Part shown: one piece after another, positions 49,208-58,961 of the stretch
Numbering within the stretch: the first letter of the stretch is position 1
Layout: every line of letters starts with the position of its first letter
Assembly: GCA_019058315.1 (NCBI GenBank)
Contig: JAHPZH010000005.1
Span: forward strand, 32,001 to 96,000
DNA length: 64,000 nucleotides
DNA from: Candidatus Helarchaeota archaeon
GTDB taxonomy: Archaea; Asgardarchaeota; Lokiarchaeia; Helarchaeales; RDOG01
Reading direction: 5' to 3'
The notes under the pieces: generated by a model
Database searches by the model: none
The model's input: the letters and a program-made list of their open reading frames with translations, nothing else
What the model was told of the DNA's origin: nothing
Translations under genes and position numbers: made by a program

Positions 49208-52200
49208 ATGGGAGATTTCAAGATGAGAATTAATAATTTTAAAAGAAAAGGAAAGATTTTCACAATTCTGATTATCATGCTTATTAGTTTTTCAAACATT
49301 CATTATATCTTTCAGAAAAATCAGCTTGATCCATATAATTTAGCATTATTTACAAATATTTTTACTTCTAATATAAGAATGCCTTCTAATGATGGTCCAT
49401 TTTCCACTAAGTCCTCCTCTAGTGATGTCATTGAGGGTAATGGAGGAAAGTTAGACACTTTATTATATGAAAATATTAGTGGTCAAGTTCTTTCTTGTGA
49501 TACTTCTTCTGATTTTTCTATTTATACAAATGGATGGAATATAACCAAAACAGATCTAATTTTCACAAATGTTAAGGCACCAACAGATATAGATATTGAA
49601 ATATCAGAACCATTTGCGGGTGAACATAGATTGGATACTTTAAGAGCGATGTCATTTACTGTAGGAAGCGTTACCTATTTAAAGAAAATAAATGTTAATT
49701 TGCGATTAAAAAAACTCTACCCTGGTAATGATTTAGATTTATCTGTATTTAATACAAAAGCTACTGGGGAACCCAATAATATTATTTATAATGAAGGATT
49801 TGATTTAGATAGCTATTCTGATGGTTGGATTGAATTAAATTTAAGTTCGGATGTCCTATTGGACCCTGCTGATACTAATAATAGTAAATTTTTCATAGGG
49901 TTAAAAGAAGGTTCTATTTTACCTTCTCCTCAAGTCTATTGGTATTATTTAAATGATCTCTCTACCCCAGATGGTTCAAATGAAGGTGATGACTATTCTT
50001 ACAGTTTTGGAATGTGGACTTCTAATGATGTAGATTATACTTTAGGTCTCACATTAGATACTAATACATTACCATCAAATATAGAATTAAAAGTGAATGG
50101 TATTAATGTGGAGAATTTACAAATAGGTAATGGTACTTGGAATTCATCTGTTTTATATATTGGACCTAATGTTACTTTTAATGTCGAAGCAAATACTTCA
50201 GCGAGATTTGATGTAAATTGGACATGTCAATTTATAAATCAAACATTATCTAATACTTATTTTATTTCTAATGCGAGTAAATCAATTGTCAATTGGAATT
50301 CATCTATTCCAGCTAAATTTCATGCTAATTCATATGCTAGAGGCATTAATATGACAATACCCCTAGATTGGAATATTACTGAAGTAATATATGATTCTAG
50401 CTCACATTTATCTTGGGTTAATATAACAGAAAATGGTAAAAAAATTAATATTATATCCAATGTTTTTAATTCTACCTGGATAGCAGTTTGTATTGGACCA
50501 AACTATGTACGTGAAATAAGCTTAGAAAGAAAGGTTGATTCTAGCTTCACTCCTGTTAACGGTCCAGTTAATGGAACAGATACTATTAGAATAAACGCAT
50601 CTATAAAAGACGGTAAGGGTATTGAAATAATTAATGGGAATGGAAATTTATCTATTTTTAATCCAGAAGAAACTCTAAATTATATTGATCATACACCCCC
50701 AAACAGTACCCATGCTTTAAATGGAATTATAAGTTTTACACCTTGGCGAATTAATTTAACTGGAACAATGGGTGGAAATTATACAATTCAAGTAGTATGG
50801 TATAACCAGACAGAAGTGGGGATAAATGTTACTTCTATTGATATTAAATCAATTCCAACTCAATTAACATTGATTTATAATACCATATCGGCTAATACAG
50901 GGGATCCAATTGATGCTATAATATATTATAACGACTCATATTGGGGATATGGTATTCCAAATGCTAATTTTTATTTAATTAATAACTATACTTCTGGTTA
51001 CCATTTTGATTTTACTGTAACTCCATTATCACCAATGGGTAATTATTCAATTGCAATTTCTACAGCTACATTAACCGCAGGCTCTTATGAATTTATTATT
51101 ATTGCTAATAAATCAGTATATAATACATCAACTGTTAATATCACATTTACTATTCAAGGGAATAAATCTTATGCTTGGATTGTTTCTGGAGCTACACCAG
51201 TTGGACCGTTACTTGGTGGAAGAACCTTAGATGATGGATCTTTTGTTTACGATAATTACACAACAACTCCTTTAAATGATCCCTACTGGGATGATACTTC
51301 TCATAAACTTACAATTTATTACAATGATACTGTAGGAAATCCTATTACAATCGAAGATGTTGATCTGGTTGAAATCAGATGGGATAATAACGAGACAGAC
51401 ATTATCCCAACTTTAGTGGGATCTGGCTTATATAATGTAACCATTGATACAACAGGAATTACTGCTGGAATACATTTCTTTTCAATCATTATGCAAACTT
51501 CTAATTATTATAGAGCATATTTGAATGTGAGTGTAACTGTAAAACCCGTTCCTACTCAAGTTGACCCCGGATTATATGGAAATGTTACTCAATATGAAGG
51601 AGAGGATTTAGAATTCTGGGTGGCATATTTAGATGTTTATCATTCAAATCAACGGATAGAATCTCCACCAGCCATTGTAAAATATAATATTACGGGCTTT
51701 CCAAATATAAATGGAACCATGACATATATAGGAGCCCCAAATTTTGCTTATCGTGGTGAATTTAACCTTGGAGACTTAAGTCTGGGATCTTATAACTTAA
51801 CCATCTATGCTAGTGCTGGCACTGAATACCTTGAAGCAATTAGAAATATAACCGTTAATGTAATTCCAAAATATAATGTCTCTTTAAACTTAATTGATAT
51901 TCCATTTGGTATTAGAGTTGGAGAGGAATTAATCATTAGAGCAAAATTAATTAATGATATTACAGGTGATCCTCTCAAGTATGTGCCCATAAATGTAAAA
52001 ATTACTTTTCTTGATAGTCAAAATGGAACCATATCAGAATTAGAAGCGGTTCTAATCACAAATAATAATGGAACAATAGAAGAATCCTTAATTGTTCCTC
52101 AAAATGTGAAATATGCTAATATTTCTTTATTTTATAACGGGGATGTCAATGTAACTTCGGCAGTAAATAACACAATTCTTAATATCGCCCCCAAAAGATC

Positions 52201-53920
52201 AGTTCATTTGATAGTATTTTCTCCAACACCTACAATATGGGTGGGGGAACTTTTATTTATTGGTGCAAGTTTAACATACGGAGATACTGGGGAAGCGATT
52301 TTTGATGGATCTGTTGAGTTTGAAATAATATTTTTTGGTGAAAGAATTCTCCGATTTACTCAGATTGGAAAAACAGGTTCTGATGGAATTACTTATATAA
52401 GTTTTCCTATTCCATCAGATATTTCGGGAGTTTATTTAATTATGATAAATGCACGACATTCTGGGTCAAATACCGAAGCTTCAACTACTTCAAATCTGTT
52501 TCCTATTAATCTGCTATCAACAGGAAGAATTTTTATAGAAAACATATGGCTTTTTATAGCAATAATTGGAGCGGTTTCTGCTATGGGGACTTATAAAACA
52601 TGGAATTATTTGAGAAATAGAGGGTGGAAGAAGAAGATTGACCATTTATTTATAATAACGCATGGGGGTTCACCTATAAAAGAGTGGAAAATGGGGGGAG
52701 CTATACTAGACGCAACTTTGGTTTCGGGAGCCTTAAGCGGGATTGCATCTATTGTACGAGAAATGACAAAAAGTGTTAAAAAATTAACTTCAATTGATCA
52801 TGAAGATAAAAAATTAATATTTGCTTATGGTAAATTTGTAATTGGGGTATTAATTACTGAAAAAGATCAACCAATAATACATAAAAAACTAGATAAATTT
52901 GTAGATAATTTTGAATCAAAGTATTTTTATTATTTATCCTCTTGGGATGGTAATTTAAAGTATTTTCAAGATGCAGATGATTTATTAGTTGATATTTTCC
53001 CATTTGCAATCCCAGAGACTGTTCAAGAAAAGATTAAATTATATCCAGATATTATTAAAAAGGAAAATAGAATAAGAGAATTAAATATTGAAGCGGGACA
53101 TCTTCTTATGGAAAATAAACCAGCTATGGCAATTGAATCTTATATAGTTGCTGCTAAAATAGCTATTGAAATTGGAGACTTAGAAATATTTGAGAATTTC
53201 ATTATAAATATAAATAATCTTCAAAAAAGACTCTCAAAATTTGAAAAAAGACCAATGAGAAAATTAGATATTAAAACCGAAACTAAAGATAAAAAGAATC
53301 TTGCAACTAATATCGAAAAAATTCAAAAAGCAATAAAAATCTCAGACTTCCTTACAGCATTAAAATTAACTACAAAAAATGCAAACATTTACATGGACCT
53401 AGGGCAATATGAAATTGTTTCAGAATTGTTTCAAAAGATCAATGAATATGGTAAAAAACACAAATTGAAAATGAGAGAGATTCAGTTAAAAGAAAGAACT
53501 CAAAAAACCACAGATAAGATCAACAAGTTGAAAATGAAAGCTGAACTAGAGATTGAAAATGGAAATTTTTTAAAAGCTGCTGATAAGTATAATGAGGCTG
53601 CTATACTCGCAATACAAAATAATGATAGAGATAACTTTCAAGACCTTATGTCAAAAGTCGAAAAATATCAAAAAACTGAAGAAGAGACTACTTTGAAAGC
53701 AGAAAAAGAACGACAATTACTAATTCTTAAGGAATCAATACCGAGGATATTAGCAGAGGCAGAATCAGCAAAACTATCTGGTGATTATGAAAAAATAATT
53801 GAATTATATTTAAAAGTAGCCAATATCAATCAAAGTATAGGTCATATGGAAAATTTTATGAAATATATAACAATAGCGAAAGAATATAGGACAAAACTTG
53901 AAAATTTTACAAACAAATGA
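49208..53920 (+). CDS. Large single-pass surface protein: extracellular beta-sandwich repeats, TM, cytoplasmic longin + TPR/SNAP-like repeats
   Basis: N-term hydrophobic signal; about 1080 aa rich in N-x-S/T and G.Y.i Ig-like patterns; TM IWLFIAIIGAVSAMG (~52545-52600); longin HLFIITHGGSPI...LVSGALSGI; helical repeats AIESYIVAA, AADKYNEAA. Confidence 0.82.
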   Translation: MGDFKMRINNFKRKGKIFTILIIMLISFSNIHYIFQKNQLDPYNLALFTNIFTSNIRMPSNDGPFSTKSSSSDVIEGNGGKLDTLLYENISGQVLSCDTSSDFSIYTNGWNITKTDLIFTNVKAPTDIDIEISEPFAGEHRLDTLRAMSFTVGSVTYLKKINVNLRLKKLYPGNDLDLSVFNTKATGEPNNIIYNEGFDLDSYSDGWIELNLSSDVLLDPADTNNSKFFIGLKEGSILPSPQVYWYYLNDLSTPDGSNEGDDYSYSFGMWTSNDVDYTLGLTLDTNTLPSNIELKVNGINVENLQIGNGTWNSSVLYIGPNVTFNVEANTSARFDVNWTCQFINQTLSNTYFISNASKSIVNWNSSIPAKFHANSYARGINMTIPLDWNITEVIYDSSSHLSWVNITENGKKINIISNVFNSTWIAVCIGPNYVREISLERKVDSSFTPVNGPVNGTDTIRINASIKDGKGIEIINGNGNLSIFNPEETLNYIDHTPPNSTHALNGIISFTPWRINLTGTMGGNYTIQVVWYNQTEVGINVTSIDIKSIPTQLTLIYNTISANTGDPIDAIIYYNDSYWGYGIPNANFYLINNYTSGYHFDFTVTPLSPMGNYSIAISTATLTAGSYEFIIIANKSVYNTSTVNITFTIQGNKSYAWIVSGATPVGPLLGGRTLDDGSFVYDNYTTTPLNDPYWDDTSHKLTIYYNDTVGNPITIEDVDLVEIRWDNNETDIIPTLVGSGLYNVTIDTTGITAGIHFFSIIMQTSNYYRAYLNVSVTVKPVPTQVDPGLYGNVTQYEGEDLEFWVAYLDVYHSNQRIESPPAIVKYNITGFPNINGTMTYIGAPNFAYRGEFNLGDLSLGSYNLTIYASAGTEYLEAIRNITVNVIPKYNVSLNLIDIPFGIRVGEELIIRAKLINDITGDPLKYVPINVKITFLDSQNGTISELEAVLITNNNGTIEESLIVPQNVKYANISLFYNGDVNVTSAVNNTILNIAPKRSVHLIVFSPTPTIWVGELLFIGASLTYGDTGEAIFDGSVEFEIIFFGERILRFTQIGKTGSDGITYISFPIPSDISGVYLIMINARHSGSNTEASTTSNLFPINLLSTGRIFIENIWLFIAIIGAVSAMGTYKTWNYLRNRGWKKKIDHLFIITHGGSPIKEWKMGGAILDATLVSGALSGIASIVREMTKSVKKLTSIDHEDKKLIFAYGKFVIGVLITEKDQPIIHKKLDKFVDNFESKYFYYLSSWDGNLKYFQDADDLLVDIFPFAIPETVQEKIKLYPDIIKKENRIRELNIEAGHLLMENKPAMAIESYIVAAKIAIEIGDLEIFENFIININNLQKRLSKFEKRPMRKLDIKTETKDKKNLATNIEKIQKAIKISDFLTALKLTTKNANIYMDLGQYEIVSELFQKINEYGKKHKLKMREIQLKERTQKTTDKINKLKMKAELEIENGNFLKAADKYNEAAILAIQNNDRDNFQDLMSKVEKYQKTEEETTLKAEKERQLLILKESIPRILAEAESAKLSGDYEKIIELYLKVANINQSIGHMENFMKYITIAKEYRTKLENFTNK

Positions 53921-53932
53921 GGGCGTGTTATA

Positions 53933-54451
53933 TTGGAGAAAATAATTTATAAAATTCTTTTATTAGGTGATCCTGGAGTAGGTAAAACAGCTCTTATAAC
54001 TCAATATATTGATAATAGATTTATAACTGATTATAAAGCCACTCTTGGATTTGATATCTTTATCAAAAAAATTATAGGATCCAAAGCAGAATTTTCATTA
54101 GCAATCTGGGATCTCGCGGGACAAGAGAAATATACATCCTTAAAACAATCATATTATGAAGGTGCCCAGGGAATTATTATGGTATATGATGTAACAGACC
54201 GAGAAAGCTATAAAAATATAATACAGTGGTTAACAGAATTGCAAAAAGTAGTAAAAACAATTCCTATTATGTTAGTAGGAAATAAAATTGATTTAACTGA
54301 CGAAATTAAAATCAATACAGAGGATGGGCAACGACTTAAAACAAGAATTAAAGCAATTAATTTTTATGAGACTTCAGCAAAAACTGGACATAATGTTAAT
54401 ACAATTTTTGAAGAACTTGCAGATATTATTAATAAACATTCATCGATATAG
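53933..54451 (+). CDS. Rab-like small GTPase
   Basis: G1 GDPGVGKT, G2 YKATLG, G3 WDLAGQE, G4 NKID, G5 ETSAK; no C-terminal Cys prenylation motif. Confidence 0.95.
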   Translation: MEKIIYKILLLGDPGVGKTALITQYIDNRFITDYKATLGFDIFIKKIIGSKAEFSLAIWDLAGQEKYTSLKQSYYEGAQGIIMVYDVTDRESYKNIIQWLTELQKVVKTIPIMLVGNKIDLTDEIKINTEDGQRLKTRIKAINFYETSAKTGHNVNTIFEELADIINKHSSI

Positions 54452-54513
54452 TGTATTTAAAATAAAGCTACATAAATAAAAAATTTTATAGAAGATTAAC
54501 AAAATATTAGGGG

Positions 54514-54906
54514 TTGAATTTAGTTTTAGAACACGACATTTCCTACTATTGCAAAAAATTTAACTGTGGAAAATGCTGTGAAAAGGGTTGGGATATCTTT
54601 GTTACTGAATCTGATATAAGAAAGTGGGAGGAAAAAAAACCTGAAATCTTAAATCAAATAACAACTAAAAATATAAATGGAATAAGAAAAAAATTGCTTA
54701 AAAAACAACCAATCAAACTGCTAGATGGAAAAATACGTCAATTATGTGTGTTTTATGACTTTGAAAAAAAATGTACTATACACGATGTAAATCCTGAAAT
54801 ATGTAAGAAATTTTCGTGTTTGCATCATGTCTATTTCATTTTTCAATTTTTTAATAAAATTTCTGAATTAATAGAAGAATCTGATAAGAAAATGTTGAAC
54901 TCTTAA
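54514..54906 (+). CDS. YkgJ family cysteine-cluster protein
   Basis: CKKFNCGKCC...CVFY..KKCTIHDVNPEICKKFSC. Confidence 0.85.
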   Translation: MNLVLEHDISYYCKKFNCGKCCEKGWDIFVTESDIRKWEEKKPEILNQITTKNINGIRKKLLKKQPIKLLDGKIRQLCVFYDFEKKCTIHDVNPEICKKFSCLHHVYFIFQFFNKISELIEESDKKMLNS

Positions 54907-54927
54907 GTAAGTTCAAATTTAGGGCGT

Positions 54928-57588
54928 ATGGCTTATATGAAAGATGAACTTCGAGAAGAAGACTCTAATATCGAGCAAAAATTAAAAGAAACTCAAATTA
55001 AGAGTGAGTTTGATTATCAAAATTTATTTAATGATATTCCTTGTGCTCTTTGGGTTATAAATTTTTCAGATATTAAATTGTACATTGATGAATTACGTAA
55101 TAAAGGAATTAAAGATTTTAGATCTTTTTTTAAAAATGACCCTGATTTTTATTCAACTTGTGTTTCTTTCATGAATATTATAGATGTCAACAGAGCAGCT
55201 ATACAATTATATCAAGCCAAAAACAAGGAGGAAGTTTTACAATATTTAAATGATACCTTTTGCAAAGAATCTTTAGATTTATTTTTAGAAGGAATTATTT
55301 CTATAATTGAGGGTAATTTACCGTTTGAAGGCGAGACTATAATTCAAACTATAAAGGGAAATAAAATTAATGTATTTTATAATTGGTTTATAGCTTCTGG
55401 TTTTGAAAAAAGCTTATCTAAAGTATTTGTAAGTCTCCATGATATTAGTGACCGGAAACAAATAGAATTATTATTACGTAAAGAACGAGATTTAGTCCAA
55501 AAATATCTAGATTTAATTGGAGTTCTTCTTATAACTTTAAATAAAAAAGGTGAAATAACCCTTATCAATCAAAAAGGATATCAGACTTTAGGATATGAAG
55601 AACAAGAGCTTATTGGTAAAAATTGGTTTGATAATTGTTTACCAGAACGAAATATAGAGGAAGTGAAATTAGTTTTTCAAAAATTAGTGGTAGGAGAAAT
55701 TGAACCAGTTGAATATTATGAAAATCCAATTATAACTAAAAGTGGTGAAGAAAGAATTATCGCTTGGCATAATACTGTTTTGACAGATGATATTGGAAAT
55801 ATTATTGGAATATTAAGTTCTGGAGAGGATATTACTGAGCGAATAAGAGGAGAAAAAAAATTAGCAAACCAAATGTATTTAATTGAGTCTATAAATACAA
55901 TATTAAAAGAAGCTTTAAGATTAGACAGTGAAATAAATGTTGCCAAAATGTGTCTAATTTTTGCTGAGGAGTTGACGAATAGCAAATTTGGCTTTATTGG
56001 TGAAATAAATGAAGATGGATATTTCGATACTATTGCTTTAAGTAATCCAGGATGGGAGGCGTGCACCATGGAAAAAACCGCTGCAATAAAATTACTTAAA
56101 AACATGGAGATTCGCGGCATTTGGGGGGAAGTTTTAAAAAGTGGGAAAACTTTAATAGCAGATGATCCCGAATCTCATCCTTCAAGTGTTGGTACTCCTG
56201 TTGGTCACCCAAGATTAACAAGTTTTTTAGGAGTTCCGTTATTTTACGCTGGAAATACATTTGGAATGATTGCTGTGGCTAATAAAGAAATAGAGTATAA
56301 TTCTGATGATCAGCAAGCCATAGAAACTCTTTCAATATCATTCATGGAAGCTTTGATGAATAAAAGAGCAGAAATAAAACTAAAAAATGCCAAAGAAACA
56401 CTTTTAGAAGCGCAAAAAATAGCTCATATAGGAAATTGGGATTGGAATATAGTTACTAATGAATTAAGTTGGTCTGATGAAATTTACCGCATATTCGGGC
56501 TTGCTCCACAAGAATTTGGAGCAACATATGAAGCATTTTTAAATAGTGTCCATCCCGACGATAGAGAATTTGTTACAAAATCCGTTAATGAAGCCATTTA
56601 TGATAAAAAACCTTACTCTATTGATCATCGTATTATTTTACCTGATGGGACACAACGAATAGTACATGAACTAGGTAAAGTTACATTTGATAAGGATGAT
56701 AAACCAATTAGAATGTTAGGAACTGTCCAAGATATCACCGAATTAAAGCTAATTGAAAATGAATTAAAGAAACATAGGGACAACCTTGAAGAATTAGTTT
56801 TAGAGCGTACAAGAGAATTGGAATTAGCAAATAAAAAACTTCAATTAGAAATTGAACAAAGAATAAAAGCTGAAAAAGATCTGGAACTATTCGTATATGC
56901 AGTTTCTCATGAAATAAGAACACCAATTTCAGTTTTAGTCCAATCTATAGATAATTTAGAGGTTTATGGAGAAAAATTATCAGAGAATTTGAAATCAAAA
57001 TTAATAAAAACGATGTCTAGAAATACATCATTATTATCCGAATTAATAGAGGATCTTTTATTAGCTTCAAGGATAGAAAGAACAGAAATAGAATTAAAGT
57101 GGGAAAATTACAAGCTATTCGATGTTTTAAAAGATGTATTAGACCAAATGGAACCTCGTTACAAATCAAGAGGAATAAAAATTGATACAGATGTGGATAT
57201 AAATATTCAATTATTTGGTGATATCAAACGTATTGCACAGATCTTTCGAATATTTATTGATAATGCTATAAAATATTCAAAAGAAAGATCACTGATAAAG
57301 ATTAAAGTATTTAATAAATATAAAGGAGAATTTAATCCGAAATCAATTGATGGTGTTTTAATTCAGTTCATTGATAATGGAATAGGTATTAAGAAGGAAG
57401 ATATCCCTAATTTGTTTAAAAAATATTTCAGATCTAAAGACGCAATGAATATTCCTGGTACAGGTTTAGGACTAACTATTGCAAAAACTCTAACTTATTA
57501 TCATCAAGGAGAAATATTTGTAGAAAGTGATTATGGTAAAGGAACGACTTTTTCCATTTTTCTTCCCAGATTAGAGGAACAACCATAA
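54928..57588 (+). CDS. Cytoplasmic PAS-PAS-GAF-PAS sensor histidine kinase
   Basis: PAS motifs (ELIGKNWF, WSDEIYRIFG..VHPDD), GAF (SFLGVPL..GMIAVAN), H-box VSHEIRTP, N-box DNAIKYS, DNGIGI, GTGLGL. Confidence 0.95.
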   Translation: MAYMKDELREEDSNIEQKLKETQIKSEFDYQNLFNDIPCALWVINFSDIKLYIDELRNKGIKDFRSFFKNDPDFYSTCVSFMNIIDVNRAAIQLYQAKNKEEVLQYLNDTFCKESLDLFLEGIISIIEGNLPFEGETIIQTIKGNKINVFYNWFIASGFEKSLSKVFVSLHDISDRKQIELLLRKERDLVQKYLDLIGVLLITLNKKGEITLINQKGYQTLGYEEQELIGKNWFDNCLPERNIEEVKLVFQKLVVGEIEPVEYYENPIITKSGEERIIAWHNTVLTDDIGNIIGILSSGEDITERIRGEKKLANQMYLIESINTILKEALRLDSEINVAKMCLIFAEELTNSKFGFIGEINEDGYFDTIALSNPGWEACTMEKTAAIKLLKNMEIRGIWGEVLKSGKTLIADDPESHPSSVGTPVGHPRLTSFLGVPLFYAGNTFGMIAVANKEIEYNSDDQQAIETLSISFMEALMNKRAEIKLKNAKETLLEAQKIAHIGNWDWNIVTNELSWSDEIYRIFGLAPQEFGATYEAFLNSVHPDDREFVTKSVNEAIYDKKPYSIDHRIILPDGTQRIVHELGKVTFDKDDKPIRMLGTVQDITELKLIENELKKHRDNLEELVLERTRELELANKKLQLEIEQRIKAEKDLELFVYAVSHEIRTPISVLVQSIDNLEVYGEKLSENLKSKLIKTMSRNTSLLSELIEDLLLASRIERTEIELKWENYKLFDVLKDVLDQMEPRYKSRGIKIDTDVDINIQLFGDIKRIAQIFRIFIDNAIKYSKERSLIKIKVFNKYKGEFNPKSIDGVLIQFIDNGIGIKKEDIPNLFKKYFRSKDAMNIPGTGLGLTIAKTLTYYHQGEIFVESDYGKGTTFSIFLPRLEEQP

Positions 57589-57648
57589 AAAAATATATAT
57601 AGAAAATGAAATGTAATATATCTGATGAAATAAAAAAGGAGTTTCAGC

Positions 57649-58536
57649 TTGAAGCCATTAATACTATGTGTAGATGACAATGAAGATATTTTATTAAATC
57701 TACGGTTAACATTAGAATTTAATGATTATGAAGTAATCACGGGAAAAAATGGCATAGAGGGTATAATCATATTATCCGAACTCGGGCGACTTCCAGACAT
57801 CATAATAAGTGATATAATGATGCCCGAAATGAATGGATATGATTTCTTTAAAAAAGTTTCTGAAAACTCGAAGTGGAATCGCATTCCATTTTTATTTTTA
57901 ACAGCTCGAACTTCTCCAACAGATGTTAGATTTGGCAAAATGTTAGGTGTTGATGATTATCTTACTAAACCCTTTAAAAAAGAAGATTTGATGGCCATAA
58001 TTGCTGGAAAACTTGCTAGAAGAAGAAAAACAGAAGAAGTTAGTGAAAAAGTTGAAGAAGTTCTCTCCTCTTTAAAAATTGATGAAAAACCTTCAATCTC
58101 TATTGAAGAAAAATTTTTAGTAAATTTATTATTAGTGTTTTGGGACGATAAAACGGGTCCTAGGGTTTTAAATTACTATCCAAAAGACATTAAATTACCT
58201 TTTTCTGTTGATAAAATAGGTGTTCAATTATATAATTCTATAGTTTCTATTTATGGACAAGGAAAAGTTGCTGAAGCTCAAGGTATATTATTAAATATAA
58301 AAAATATCGAGAGGGATGGTTTTATTTATTTTGATTCATATCCAGATAGTTCAATCAGAGGAGGTGAACAACAATATATGTTGGGGGTTATTGCTCCAAA
58401 GATTAATTATTTTGAATCTTTAAAAATTGGTGAACGCTTTAAACATATATCTTCACATATTAAATTAAAGGAAGATTGGGATTTTAAAAGTCATTGGGAA
58501 GAAATTGCAAATCTTTTATCAACTCCTTCACTGTAG
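57649..58536 (+). CDS. Response regulator with C-terminal uDENN/longin-like output domain
   Basis: Receiver VDD, ISDIMMP (phospho-Asp), FLTA, KP. C-term LLLVFWDDKTGPRVLNYYP...DSSIRGGEQQYMLGVI. Confidence 0.85.
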   Translation: MKPLILCVDDNEDILLNLRLTLEFNDYEVITGKNGIEGIIILSELGRLPDIIISDIMMPEMNGYDFFKKVSENSKWNRIPFLFLTARTSPTDVRFGKMLGVDDYLTKPFKKEDLMAIIAGKLARRRKTEEVSEKVEEVLSSLKIDEKPSISIEEKFLVNLLLVFWDDKTGPRVLNYYPKDIKLPFSVDKIGVQLYNSIVSIYGQGKVAEAQGILLNIKNIERDGFIYFDSYPDSSIRGGEQQYMLGVIAPKINYFESLKIGERFKHISSHIKLKEDWDFKSHWEEIANLLSTPSL

Positions 58537-58668
58537 ATAAAATAATCTTCATTTTTAAGATTTATAATTCTTAATCGAATGTTTCGAGTAATATAAATAC
58601 ATTTTAATAACCTTGTTTTTATTTTCTATAAGGTTGAACTATCTAAAGAAAAACAAAGGTAATAACAA

Positions 58669-58956
58669 ATGATGACAAAACAAGATTTTGAGATATATTT
58701 AGATTATATGATAGATTATTACGGAGTGGAAAGATCAGAATTACGAATATCGGCTTATAAGGTGCAAGGTGATGATAGCTATGAATTTTTCGAGAGTGCT
58801 AGAATAATTTCGATTTTAGAGTCAGGAATTATGGTTTGGAAATATGAGGATGAGGAAGAAGAGGAAAATGAGTCAGCATTCGTCTCATGGTCCGCCATAG
58901 ACGAAATTTCAATAATGCTAAGAGAAGTCGATGAAGATGAAGAATATGAAGATTAA
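58669..58956 (+). CDS. Small acidic hypothetical protein
   Basis: 95 aa, D/E-rich; AAGGT SD-like motif upstream. Confidence 0.65.
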   Translation: MMTKQDFEIYLDYMIDYYGVERSELRISAYKVQGDDSYEFFESARIISILESGIMVWKYEDEEEEENESAFVSWSAIDEISIMLREVDEDEEYED

Positions 58957-58961
58957 TTTTT

